From contig NC_068990.1 of NCBI RefSeq assembly GCF_001194135.2, positions 81,255,343-81,319,342 of the forward strand: 64,000 nt of DNA. The letters are read 5' to 3'. The translations under genes and the position numbers were made by a program. This stretch comes from Octopus bimaculoides (Eukaryota). Shown piece after piece: positions 13,261 through 26,955 of this stretch (within the stretch, counting starts at the first letter, position 1; each line of letters starts with the position of its first letter). The notes below the pieces were generated by a model. That model was not told the origin of the DNA, did no database searches, and saw nothing but the letters and a program-made list of their open reading frames with translations.

Positions 13261-13961
13261 ATTGTTTATTTCCGTTTCTTTTATACCAGTTTCATTTTAA
13301 TTGCTTTAATACTACTCGCGATTTGTGTAATATGATAAAGACATGAGACTGGAATTCTCTAGCCGTCATTTCCTGTTCGTTTAAACAATCTATACTATGT
13401 ACTTATGTAATTGCCCCGCTTGTGTTCCTGTCCCCCTTTTTCTTCTATCTTTATCAATTTCTTTTTTAACTCAATCCTAAATTTTGCTGACTTGTAAACC
13501 TTTAGTGGTGAGAGATATATATTTTCTAACACCAGTATGCGCATTACAAACATATTTTGTAAACAACTGGTTACTTATGTTTGTCAATTGTTTCATAAGT
13601 ATCGGAAAACAATAGGATTTATGTAACCGGAAGTGTCAGATATATGAATATGTAGCATTCATCCACATGCCAGTTGTATCTATAAAAGTAAAGGAACTGC
13701 AACAGCAGCGAATGAAAATCGAATTCGGTTCATCAGAGGATTTGTTGTTCTTGTTGTTGTTGGTGTTGGTGTTGTTGTTGTTGCTGGTGGTGGTACTGTT
13801 GGTGGCGTCGTTGTCTTGATATGTTTATGTGCTCAAATATCATTGTTGCTGTTGGTTTTAGTGATGTTGCTGTTGTTGCCGTTGCTGTTGTTGCCGTTGC
13901 TGTTGTCATCGGTTGGTATTGCTGCTGCCGATGCTGTTGCTGCTATTGTTATTCTTTTATC

Positions 13962-14329
13962 TTTTATCATTTACTTGTTTCAGTCATTAGACTGCGGCCT
14001 TGCTGGGGCACAGCCTCGAGGAATATTTAGTCAAATGAATCGACCCCAGTACTTATTCAATCGGACTCTTTTGCCGAACCGCTAACTTATGGGGGTGTGA
14101 AGACAACAACACCGCTTGTCAAGCGATGGTGAGGACAAACAAACACACACACACACACACACATATAGACCACGAGCTTCTTTCAGTTTCCCTCTACCAA
14201 ATCCGCTCACAAAGTTTTGGTTGGCCCGCGGCTATAGTAAAAGACACTTGCCCAAGGAGCCATATAGTGGGACTGAACCCGGAACCCTGTGGCTGGAAAG
14301 CAAGCTTCTTATCACACGGCCACGCCTGT
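13962..14329 (-). mobile_element. SINE family B
   Basis: Reverse-complement match to family B, internal (CA)n. Confidence 0.8.
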
Positions 14330-14931
14330 GCCTATATTGCTGAAGTTGTTACAACAGTTCCTATTCTTTTTGTAACTGTTGCTGATGGCGATGCTGTGGT
14401 TGTTAAAGTAATTGCTAGGGATGTAACTATTATTTTCTATTGCTTGCCCCCTCTAGTTAGTCTTGATCAAATATGGGGCCGTCCCATTTTATTCTCAGAC
14501 ACAATTGAATTGTGAGTAATATCCATGTTTTTGTTAAACCAATATAGTCATGATGAAGAGGAAAATTGGTTGTCATTTCTAGGGAATAGAACGTGAATGT
14601 TCTATTTTAGGTTCACACGTTGGTTCGCATATTGATTCAGAGCCTTTTGTAGAAGAGAATCTCTTTGAAGTCAGTTCCTGTTCAGATTTGTAAGCTTCGC
14701 TATCTCTGGTAACAGCTGATGTACACTTACGTATTCTCAAGACCTAATTGAGACCTAATATGTATTCCGGTTACAATAATGAGTGTGGGAACTAACACAG
14801 GAATACAAGTAAATGAAATACTCGTCCGTTTATAGATGTCACTGGTAACACAAGTGAATTCCTTACTATCCTGTAGTAAATGTAAACAATTAGACATAGT
14901 GCGCTTTAGAAAGTTATAAAGAGTGTGAACC

Positions 14932-15235
14932 AGGAGTGGCTGTGTGGTAAGTAGCTTGCTTACCAACCACATGGTTCCGGGTTCAGTCCCACTGCGTAGC
15001 ACCTTGGGCAAGTGTCTTCAACCATAGCCTCGGGCCGACCAAAGCCTTGTGAGTGGATTTGGTAGACGGAAACTGAAAGAAGCCCTTCGTATATATGTAT
15101 ATATATATATGTATACGTATGTGTGTTTGTGTGTCTGTGTTTGTCACCCTAGCATTGCTTGACAACCGATGCTGGTGTGTTTACGTCCCCGTAACTTAGC
15201 GGTTCGGCAAAAAGAGACCGATAGAATAAGTACTA
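14932..15235 (+). mobile_element. SINE family B (3' end lost in gap)
   Basis: High-identity family-B copy running into the N gap at 15236. Confidence 0.85.
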
Positions 15236-16095
15236 NNNNNNNNNNNNNNNNNNNNNNNNNNNNNNNNNNNNNNNNNNNNNNNNNNNNNNNNNNNNNNNNN
15301 NNNNNNNNNNNNNNNNNNNNNNNNNNNNNNNNNNNNNNNNNNNNNNNNNNNNNNNNNNNNNNNNNNNNNNNNNNNNNNNNNNNNNNNNNNNNNNNNNNNN
15401 NNNNNNNNNNNNNNNNNNNNNNNNNNNNNNNNNNNNNNNNNNNNNNNNNNNNNNNNNNNNNNNNNNNNNNNNNNNNNNNNNNNNNNNNNNNNNNNNNNNN
15501 NNNNNNNNNNNNNNNNNNNNNNNNNNNNNNNNNNNNNNNNNNNNNNNNNNNNNNNNNNNNNNNNNNNNNNNNNNNNNNNNNNNNNNNNNNNNNNNNNNNN
15601 NNNNNNNNNNNNNNNNNNNNNNNNNNNNNNNNNNNNNNNNNNNNNNNNNNNNNNNNNNNNNNNNNNNNNNNNNNNNNNNNNNNNNNNNNNNNNNNNNNNN
15701 NNNNNNNNNNNNNNNNNNNNNNNNNNNNNNNNNNNNNNNNNNNNNNNNNNNNNNNNNNNNNNNNNNNNNNNNNNNNNNNNNNNNNNNNNNNNNNNNNCGA
15801 TTCATCTCTTGCATTAATATTTCTGATTTGATGGATTCTGAGTTGAGATGTTCACATCTCGCAGAACTTTTCTTTATCATTCATCTTTCTGAAGCTGACA
15901 AATATAGTAAAAGACAAATACCAGTGTCGAATTTACTCCTCCCCCCTCTCTCTCTCTCTTCCTCTCTCTCTCTCTTCCTCTCTCTCTCTCTTCCTCTCTC
16001 TCTTCTTCTTTCTCTCTATTTCCCTCTCCTTCTAACTCTCTCTTTCTCCCTCCGCTCCCTCCCCCTCTTCTCTCGCCTACTCGGAATGGATTGTA

Positions 16096-16275
16096 ATCTC
16101 GTCCACCAAGCATTATGGCTTCATCCGCGAAGCATTATTAACTCGTCCATCAAGCACTCATGCATCCCGTCGGCGAAGTATTATGATCTCACCCGTGAAG
16201 TATTATAACCTCGTTCCACCAAGCATTATGACCTCGTCCATGTAGCCTTATGACCTCGACTGCGAATCATTAATG
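16096..16275. repeat. degenerate ~22-bp minisatellite, about 8 units
   Basis: Consensus roughly ACCTCGTCCACCAAGCATTATG, e.g. ATCTCGTCCACCAAGCATTATG and ACCTCGTCCATGTAGCCTTATG. Confidence 0.75.
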
Positions 16276-16677
16276 TCTTAGCCATTGATACAGTGTCACA
16301 CCCAACACATGGTGCAGACTGCTAGTTCAGTAACCATTATGAATTCACTTAACCAACAGCACTAGTATATGATGCTTGCCTAAAATATTGACTTATTTAG
16401 AGTCAAAACTTTAATTACTTTCTCGGAAATATATGATTTAGTTATGCTTTTCAGTGATTCGTCAATAAGACGATAAGACAGAGGAAATGTGTGGAAGAAT
16501 AATCAAATGACGGTTAGAGTTTACACAAAATGGTATTAAAAAATTGTTAAGTAGAGATTTTCCCGTGTTTTTGAACTTAACTTCACAACCACTTGCTTTC
16601 GGGTTCGATTCAATTGCATGGCAATTTGGACAAATGCCTTGTTCAGGAGTCACCCGTTGCTCAAACCTTAAACAACT

Positions 16678-17165
<488 letters not shown>

Positions 17166-17791
17166 AGAAATAGAATATATTAAATTGCAACTGAAACAAC
17201 TGTCAGTTGCTATTCCTGTACCAGAGTGGTAGACTTAACCTGTCTCTAGATTTAGCAGTAATACCTGAACTTTAGGCGCCTTTGCATAAGTCCACCCTAT
17301 TGTACAAATTCGTGCCAGGTTTCGAGAATGAGGATAACTGGATCACTTCATCCCACCAGAGGTTCCAGAGTGTTTGCCCGAGAGCTGTCCTTCCTTATGT
17401 CAGTAATAAACCATTAAAAATCACACTAAGATTTACTAATTAATATAACGCCAGACGACAATATGTATGTAGTATTGTTGTGGCAGGACTATACAGCCAT
17501 TTGTAACATTGCGGTTAATGGAGGGAAATAAATATAGTTAATGATATCAATTAAAACTTTTAATTGCCTTTTTTTATATTTCAAAGTCTGTAACAATGTT
17601 ATTTATTTATTTATTGGTACTGCCGCATTACTAAAACCATTATGCTACATTCCTGGCAACAACGTCTATTAATAAACATAGTAGTATGATTGTAGCTTAC
17701 AAAATGGCCAACTGTCAGAATCGTTAGACCAGCAGACATATACCGTCCCTTAATACTTCTAACATTGTAATTTCTGAGTACAAATCACACA

Positions 17792-17958
17792 GTATTTCGT
17801 CTGTCTTTACTTCTGAGTTCAAATTCCGCCGAAGTCGACTTTGCCTTTCATCCTTTCAGGATCGATAAATTAAGTACCAGTTGCGTACTGGGGTCGATCT
17901 AATCGACTGGCCCCCTCCATCAAAATTTCGGGCCTTGTGCCTTGAGTAGAAAAAGAAT
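17792..17958 (+). mobile_element. SINE family A monomer A2, 5' part truncated or degraded
   Basis: GTATTTCGTCTGTCTTTAC...GAGTAGAAAAAGAAT. Confidence 0.85.
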
Positions 17959-17967
17959 AATAATACT

Positions 17968-18380
17968 TTTTTTACTCTCTTACTTGTTTCAATCATTTGA
18001 CTGTAGCCATGCTGGAGCACCGCATTTAGTCGAGCAGATCGACCTCGGGATTTATTCTTTGTAAGTCTAGTACTTATTCTATCAGTCGCTTTTGCCGAAC
18101 CGCTAAGTTACGGGGACGTAAACATACCAGCATCGGTTGTCAAGCGATGTTGAGGGGACAAACACAGACACACAAACACACACACAAACACACAGACACA
18201 CATATATATATATACATATATACGACGGGCTTCTTTCAGTTTCCGTCTACCAAATCTACTCTCAAGGCTTTGGTCGGCCCGAGGCTATAGTAGAAGGCAC
18301 TTGCCCAAGGTGCCACGCAGTGGGACTGAACCCGGAACCATGTGGTTCGAAAGCAAGCTACTTACCACACAGCCACTCCT
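17968..18380 (-). mobile_element. SINE family B, full length
   Basis: Reverse-complement match; sits between two tail-to-tail A2 copies. Confidence 0.9.
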
Positions 18381-18382
18381 AA

Positions 18383-18610
18383 TAATCCTTTCTACTATAG
18401 GTACAAGGCCTGAAATTTTTCGAAGTGGGGGGGGGGAGTAATCGATAAGATCGACCCCAGTACGCAACTAGTACTTAATTTATCGACCCCAAAAAGGATG
18501 AAAGGCAAAAATCGACCTCGGCGAAATGTGAACTCAGAACGTAGCGACGGACGGAATACCGCTAAGCGTTTCTCCCGGCGTACTAACGATTCTGCTAGCA
18601 CGCCGCCTTG
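18383..18610 (-). mobile_element. SINE family A monomer A2
   Basis: Reverse-complement match from head (AAGGCGGCGTGCTAGCAGAA) to tail. Confidence 0.85.
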
Positions 18611-18611
18611 C

Positions 18612-18642
<31 letters not shown>

Positions 18643-18654
18643 AATAATAATAAC

Positions 18655-18714
<60 letters not shown>
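18612..18714. repeat. (CAA)n(TAA)n microsatellite
   Basis: Directly visible. Confidence 0.95.
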
Positions 18715-18715
<1 letters not shown>

Positions 18716-19316
18716 GAGGAAGTGCTATCATGAAAGTACTATCAAGAATGCCGTCAGAAATGCGATGTTAATGGTAATACTGACAAAAAAAATTTAAGCA
18801 TGAGAATAAAATTTAGAAACATAAACATTAAAAGACAATAATCACTAACTAAACACACCCAAATACATACACATGCATATTTATACACACACAAGTACAT
18901 ATATACATACGTTCACATGCACTTACGTGCTGGCACACACTCAGTGGCGCGCGTGCACGCACGCACACACTCACACACAACGCACGCACGGGAATGAAGA
19001 CTATTGATTCGTTTTCAGTAAATAATTTACAACTTTGAAGGGATGATTTATTTCTAAGACGATTTTAGCATTTTCAGAAATTGATTGTTATCCGATTAGA
19101 CCGGACAAATTTCACGTGATGAGACAGTAATTTGCGACTTCTGATTGGCAGTTAATGACATTGGAAAATATTGTTTTAGTTATGCAGACCTGTTACCTTT
19201 TGCTATAATTGAACATCGTGTGAAGGTGATTGGTTTTTTAACAAATTATGTTATGGACAGTTATTTAAATCACCAAACATGCATCTAGATACTCAGACAT
19301 ACGTACACACAGATGC

Positions 19317-19358
<42 letters not shown>

Positions 19359-19402
19359 NNNNNNNNNNNNNNNNNNNNNNNNNNNNNNNNNNNNNNNNNN
19401 NN

Positions 19403-19930
19403 NGTGTGTGTGTCTTGCAAACAATTCACACATGCAAGTGCTACCAGTCGAGAACTCCGCATACCGGAAGCCAGCATGTGTATGGGGGTCATCAGGAGAG
19501 AATGCGCGCCGTTACGGGGCCTACCTCTCGAAGGCATCAATGCGCAGCGGCTCCCCTCACCGATATGAGGCCCCGCTTGCTAGATCAACTGGTTATTAAA
19601 GAAAGCTCAATATTTCTCTAGCCATCGCTCATCGTCTCTTTTTAACCAAATCCAGTGGCTAGCCTTCTCCACTGTAGTTTGGATATCACTCATAGTAGTA
19701 TTTACCTTACGATGAGTTAGGCCTAACGATAACACCAGTCGTCTCACACTGTGTCCAACAAACCCTGTACATCCAACTTCGATTGGAAAATGCTCCGCTT
19801 TCCAGCCTGCGTCTTCACATTTCTCGAGGAGGTTTACATAACGGTCAATCTTTCGAGCCTGCGCGGCGTCCATGTTATCTTCATGAGGAACCGTTAACTC
19901 GACTAGATTTACAACTTTCCTTCTTTCACA
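19403..19930 (-). mobile_element. 5'-truncated HERO-like RLE-type LINE: C-terminal restriction-like endonuclease region plus 3' UTR
   Basis: Uninterrupted frame 19930-19607: CERRKVVNLVELTVPHEDNMDAAQARKIDRYVNLLEKCEDAGWKAEHFPIEVGCTGFVGHSVRRLVLSLG...VEKASHWIWLKR*. The ELTVP.E...RK..Y, P.EVG..GF and AEKAS.W.W motifs are characteristic of HERO-clade RLE domains. About 200 bp of GC-richer 3' UTR ends in (CA)n. Confidence 0.85.
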
Positions 19931-20108
19931 CTACATTAAATATATATATATATATTCAACAAATTTGATATCATTTGAGATGTAAATATCACAGAAACTA
20001 CATAGTCAAAGCAAATGAAACTAAACGGGATTAATGTTGAGCAACATAAGATTTATTCTTCCAAATTTGAATGAGAAATTCAAAGGTATGTGGATTCCAT
20101 GAACGATT

Positions 20109-20409
20109 TCACAAATGTTCAATATGCACACACTCTGAGACACGGTACACGTCAAGTCGGTTGTCCAGCTCCTCCTAAACACCGCTGCAGCATGTCTTGG
20201 GTAACTGTCTCCAGTGCGGTAGTGATTCTCTGTTCGAGTTTCTCTAGGTTTGCAGGATGAGGGAGTGTATAGACCAAGCCCTTCACATAGCCCCATGTTT
20301 GCGCTTTCATTTGTCATCTGCCGTTATGGCCTGAGCGAACTGCAGCTTGTAGGGTTTCATTAGCAAGCGTTTCCCTAGGACGCGCCAAATTGTCGTTGGA
20401 GGAATCTGG
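20109..20409 (-). mobile_element. internally deleted Tc1/mariner transposase relic
   Basis: QIPPTTIWRVLGKRLLMKPYKLQFAQAITADDK (second HTH region) joined near 20298 to WGYVKGLVY..P.NLEKLEQRITTALETVTQDMLQRC/EELDNRLDVYRVSECVHIEHL* (C-terminus). The DDD/E core is missing. Confidence 0.8.
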
Positions 20410-21739
20410 GTTGGTAATTTTTGACGATTCAGAAGAGATAAGAGGAAAGGTTGGCTCGGACGGGATTTGTACTCAAAGAATCGGCGTATTCCATCAGATG
20501 CTCTGTCGCATCTGCCACAATACAGTCAGCAGTGTAACTCATCACTAATAAGGATAAACTCTCTGGTCCTGTTAACGATCAGCCAACCACTTTCATTCAA
20601 ATGTGATGTAATTTGTCATAAACAAAGAATATCTTTATCACACATAACTCTTCTTTTACTCTTGACGAGAAGCAGAGTGGCGCTGCCATAACGCCATTTC
20701 TAATGAGGATTTGCTTTCATATGCTACACATCAACGGTCTTTCGTTCTTCATACCTTGAGTGTCGGCAATGCTATTTTCTTCGACTGTATTCAGCAAAGA
20801 ACTTTGTCACCAAGTTGTACTGATATTTTTTGTGAGAAGTTTCTGATACTAAACTAGTCTCACAAAATCGATTATCTATGGTGGATAGTGCTCCTCGAAT
20901 CCACTTGCTTTGGGTTTTTTTTTTTAATATGCTAATATTTCACGGTTAATCATATATATTATTGTACGTTTACTTTATGATTATCCCTTCACTATTTCGC
21001 TATGTTCGGTGAAGACTACGCATCACTGATGACGTTTAATAAAACCAAAACATGAGTATAATAATGCACATGTATAGATAATCTTTTTTTTTTTACCCTT
21101 CAACGTACATGTATAGATACTCTTTTCTTTACCCTTCAACATACAGCCGTCATCCATGTTTAGTTACGTCCCTCAACCTTTTCACTGGCTCCATTGTATC
21201 TTCATAAAATAACCAAACTGCCTCGTGAACGTTAAACTTTCTCTTATGAACCAGATACTAATTCAACTTTGTAGAATTGTTAACACTCTACAAAGTACAA
21301 GAAGAACCCATACTGTAGTACTGATGTTATATAATAAATATCCTTGTTAATATGATTCTTTATTTTCCCTTCTACAAATACGGTATAACATAAAGTAATG
21401 TTTAATGCCATAAAACAAACGTTAGTTTATAATGGATCTGTAAACAAGTTAAAAAGCTAAATTATAGGATGCAGAAATATGTTCAAAGCAATGCAACTGA
21501 TGGATTCTTAATACCATAAAGTGATTTAATAGAAATAGAAACTCTCTTAAATCATAAAGGAAAGACATACTGGATAACGTAAGCCTATATATAATACATC
21601 GCCTTTAATCATAGGTCAGCTTGATCAAAAATGACATACAGCAAATCAAGAACATTAACGATACACTACAAAAATAAACTAAGTAACATCTAGGGATTTT
21701 TTTCTTCAAATATATCCTATCGAGGGAAAAGACGAACGT

Positions 21740-22290
21740 TCTATCTTAATGCTCATTAAAGTGAACACAGCCTGCATTACACTTAAGCATAAAATATCTC
21801 TCATGGTTTATAACAATAACAGCGACATCAGCAAATGACCACAAGCCTACAAACTAAATAATAAACGTCATCTAAAATTAATATATTTAAATGTGGAGTA
21901 AATTCTACCAGGTCGTCATCTATCCTGTTAGAAACAGCAAACTTTCATCAAATCACACCCCACTGTCTTTAAAAATAAAGAGAGAAAACACATTGCATGA
22001 TGTAATTCTGTCTTTAAAAGAGAGAATAGTTACAACTGGGGCGCTTTTGAGGTGGTGCAGACACGAACTCGATCAGAGCTAGCATGGCTAAACTACAAGA
22101 ACAACATCGACAACAGCAACACATTGAGATGGAAGCGTCATCACTCTGCATTTTACATTGGACGTTCAAGTATTAAACATTTTTCACCTGCAGACAATGT
22201 GTCTATACTGTGTAAACATTGTAACACGCAATATTATAGAGCTGAATTTAACTATAGCCTGAAACAGAACAGAAATTCATATCACAACTA
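21740..22290 (+). mobile_element. possible Penelope-like (GIY-YIG) relic
   Basis: Scattered frames give IKVNTACITLKHKIS (cf. KISYSCM.NLK..I) and SAFYIG. Heavily decayed; motif match by eye only. Confidence 0.3.
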
Positions 22291-22705
22291 TATTATACAG
22301 CACATGGTGTAAGAGAAGACATGTCTAAAGTGCATTTTATGGTTTTTTACATTTTAATTACAAAGCTTGTCACGGCCGAATTTGCTTCCCAGATGTCTAT
22401 GAAATAAAGTAAGTCAAGTACAGAGATCGATATAATCAATTGTACTCCTCCCCTCGAACTTTAACCGTTGAGTACAGGCTCAAAGATTAAGATACAAAAA
22501 TAAAGTTTAACACAAGTAGTAAACAAGCTCATACTAGGTGACCTGTTCCAAGAGTTTCCTCTTCACATCGTTGCAACGTTGCAACGCAGTGGACATTAAC
22601 GCGGTATCTCATGATTGTAAAGTAAATATCGTAACTGCTTGGCCACGCCTTTGCCCATCTGAAAATACATGCTTACATAAGCATACGCATATATGATTGT
22701 ATGTA

Positions 22706-22918
22706 GTGGCGTGTAGCTTAGTGGTTATGATGTTGCGTTTGTGATCTTAACATTGTGGTTTCCATTCGTGGGCTAGACAATACTTTGTATCACGTTGCTC
22801 CAGTTTATTCAGCTGGCAACAATAAGTAATCCTGCGACGGATCAATGTCCCATCCAGGTGGGAAATATATATACGCCACAGAATCCGGCCTTATGAGCCA
22901 ATGGCTCAAGAAGGATCT
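22706..22918 (+). mobile_element. diverged tRNA/CORE-like SINE (family C related)
   Basis: TAGCTTAGTGG A-box-like head and CACGTTGCTCCAGTTTATTCAGCTG block shared with the copy at 44233. Confidence 0.6.
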
Positions 22919-24224
22919 TTGATCATTTGACATATTTGCGAATACATATAAAGCAATACTGCATAAAACGTCAGTATATATACGTGTGTTTGTAGGTGTT
23001 TATGTGTGTGTGTGTGAGTGTGTTAATTAAGAGCTCAAACAACTAGAGTTTGTTAAACTCCAATATGTCATAAACATAACAGTAAAATCAGTGAAAGAAT
23101 CTTAAATGTATACACATTCTCGGTACAAATGATCCTTATGAGAAACGCATATTTAAAATAATAAGGCAGGCGAGTATAAGTTTCATTGTTAGAGCTTATT
23201 TTATTTAAATTCAACAGCTCTTTCATTAGGAATTAGCATAAGTAATTCTATAATTACGTAATTAAGATACATAATGAATGAAAATTAATATAAATTTATT
23301 TGAAGCAACGCTTATTCAACCGGCTGCGCCTACTAATTGTATTTACTTTATGTATGTATGTGTTTATATATACATATACATATACATAATGACGTCTGTA
23401 TTACGGAAATGATGTAATTCGCTTAATATTTCAATATGCAAAGGCCAATGAAATGAGTATCGGGTTAAAGACGAAAACAACATTCGTTTTTATAGTATGA
23501 CAATCCAAGAAGATCTACATTGGGCGAGTTACATGGGAATGTTTATGATAACCTTCATCAATAACATTCATCTTTATTCCCCATCGATTTCCAAATCTAT
23601 ATACTTACTCCGTTCTAATTTTAGAGCTAGTGAGCAATGATTCTTTCCCGCCAATAAGTCAGTAAACGAATTATTTTAGGATTTCGAGCTTAACTTCATG
23701 CTAGACAAACACAAGCAATTCCTGATGTAGAGGAATATATTTTACAAGTTGGATATATTTGCTATATACTGTACCCGGCAATCGAGTAGAGATTGCTCTT
23801 CTGAATTAGACAGTAAATACAGATCGAGAATTAAATTAGGAACACTTAGTAACAACATCAGCAGCAACATGAACGACAGATACTTATGGGAGACAGACAA
23901 GATCAATGTAAATTTCTTTCAATCAGTTGAATAGAAATTATCTGTGGGATAATTGCATTTAAGTTCATTGAAAAGACATAAAAAAAAATAACTGTATTTC
24001 CTGCATGTTAAAATCATATAAATAATATCGCCAAACAAATGGTAGACATACGCACGCGCGCGCGCACACACACACACACACACACATAGATATGAACATG
24101 TATGTTTACATATATAACATATATAACACATACGTACACAGACATTTATGTATTTACAAATACACGCGCGCGCACACACACACACATATCTGCTTTTATG
24201 TATATATATATATTTGTTTTTGTA

Positions 24225-24229
<5 letters not shown>

Positions 24230-24317
<88 letters not shown>
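24230..24317. repeat. (TA)n microsatellite
   Basis: Directly visible. Confidence 0.95.
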
Positions 24318-24320
<3 letters not shown>

Positions 24321-26739
24321 TACAGAGAGGGAGAGTGAGAAAGAGAGAGAGGGACATATATCAAATATATATGTATGTATGAATATGTAATGTATGTATA
24401 GTTTATATTATGTGTGTGCGCGTGTATACTTTTGTATTTATATATTATGTGTGTGAGATGAGATCGTGTGGTTTATGCTGTTGATTATGTTAGTAAGAGA
24501 GGGGTGTTTGGTCGACTTCCAAGTTTTTATATTTTGCCACCAGACAGGAATATCTATGGAAGCATGTATTTGAAATAATTGTTGACCTGGAAGTCTTTGA
24601 GTGGTGCAAGGGTTCATTGGTGAGTCATACATTACATTGATTCCCCAGGGAAAAGGCGGAATCGATCAGAATATTTGGCTGATATATAGTGGAAGGTTGA
24701 ACAAATGTTTCAATTAGTTTACATTTATGTATGTCTATTTAACTATTTGTCTAGCAAAGTGATAGTTTTTAATGTTCTAACAACAAATCAAGAATAATAA
24801 TTGTTTCTAACATAGGCACAAGGCCAGCGCTTTTGTAGGAACGGCTTATTTGATTATACTGCCTTCGGTACTTCACTGGTACTTATTTTATTAAGTTCTT
24901 GATGACTTCAATTTCGATGTAAGGCCACTAATTTTCAAGGGTGTTTCTCACTAATTCTCAGACGTTTTTATCGACCCCCAACTGACTGGTATTGTATATT
25001 TTCAATCGTCTACTGAGCAGAAAATCCTTAGGTCGTTTGTCGCCCTCAAAAACTACAACTTGGCTTTTTGCCCTCTAACGTCACTATCAAATCGGAGCCA
25101 TTCGGAAATTCGATTAGGACGGAAATAGCTCCCAATTCCCAATTCATTCGCATTAATAGATCCATGCCTCGATACCCAAACAGTTTTCTTGGAGCATCTG
25201 GTGCACTTCCAAAGGTGCTTTATCTTCGTCAATGAGCCAGACATCCATCACCAACCACCAGATATTTATTACTACTAGCATATCTATCAGGCTCCCTTTC
25301 ACAACTCGTTTGTCTATATATGATGGCACGTGGATGAACTCTTCATTGTTAATTGGGGCTGTGGGAAAATTCTTCGCTTCGAATTCAGACCCAGATTTAA
25401 CATCATTTTCGCTAAAACATTCCCCTAGTTTAACGAAAGTTGTTTTGTTTCCACACAGCCCCCAGACAACCTTCTGTCTGCCTCTGGCTGTTTCTTTGAG
25501 CCTGCACAACATAACGGTACCACTAGGTTTACTTTCCTTCCACTCCTTTTTAAGGGACTAATTCCGTTTCTTTTATTACTTTTCTCTGCAACTCAAGTAT
25601 TTCTGTGACGCAAGCTGCGTTGTCAAAGGATCTTGTTGGTTAAAATCCCTCTCTGCGTTGTGGCAATTCTGACTTCATTCGACGGTGATGGATTTGACGG
25701 CTGTAGTGGAAAGACCATTTGTGGTTGTGGCATTGGTTATTGTTACTACAAGGATTGCGTCTTCATAGTTGTCTGCTGCTAAAAGTAGAGTAGTGGTGGT
25801 TGATGGTGGTCGTGATAGTACTTCTATGACTGCTGAACTTTGAGTTGACCTAGCGACGGCGGGGTTGTTGTTTTTGTTAGGTGTTTTTGTGCTTGCAGCT
25901 GTTGCGGTTGCTGCTGATTGTGTTGTTGCTATTACTCGCATGTGCTGCGGTGATGGCGGCGGCGGCGGTGGTGGTGGTGGTGGTGTTGATGGAGGGGTCG
26001 GCATCGACATCGACATCGTGGGTTGTGTTTGGCAGATTGTTTTTATTGTTGTAGTTCTTTTTTTTGTGTGTGTGGTATGTTGTCCGTGTTGTTGTTGTTG
26101 GACTACATGTAGGGTTAACAGTACGAATAGCGAAATGAAATTCTGGGAAATAATTCTCGTAGTCGTTCTAATAGTCATCCATATCTAATATTTTCGGCGA
26201 CATTTCATTACTTCTGCCGTTCTTAGGGATCTTAAAAATGGTTGTGGGGTTGCATTTTCACTACTAAATGATGAGAAGTAAAAAAAAAAAAAAAGCCTAA
26301 TGAAAAATGATATTAAACGCCCTATCTCCATCTCGATATTTTGAGTTTGGGTCCTACCTATGACGACATCGTTTTCAGCCCCTCCACAGTTTTTTCCTTT
26401 TTTTCTTTTTTCTATCGAAGTATTTATTGTGCATCAGTGCAGGGCCAGTCCTGTTTTTGAATTTTTGTTATCGATTTATTGTTTTAGGTGATGCTCCACT
26501 CCGGTTAACATCAAGGGTTTATCATTGTTACTAAGATCCCGTTAACCTTGTTTCCTACTATATTAGGGACCAGTAGTAAGAGAGAATTTGAACTCAGAAT
26601 GAAAAGAAGCAGAACAGATACCGCAGCACATCTCATCACAATTTCGCCAATGTAGCACACTACACTGATATTGAGCCTCTCGAACCCAAAAGGATGAAAA
26701 GTTGACCGGCTGGAATAAATATAAAAAGTTATTTTATCC

Positions 26740-26907
26740 GTGGCTGTGTGGTAAGTAACTTGCTTACGAACCACATGGTTCCGGGTTCAGTCCCACTGCG
26801 TGGCACTTTGGGCAAGTGTCTTTTACTATAGCCTCGGGCCGACCAAAGCCTTGTGAGTGGATTTGGTAGACGGAAACTGAAAGAAACCCGTCGTATATAT
26901 GTATATA

Positions 26908-26955
<48 letters not shown>

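Noticed and set aside
16096-16275. Repeat array considered as possible CRISPR
   Set aside because: Tandem degenerate units with no spacers, no cas genes and a eukaryotic context.
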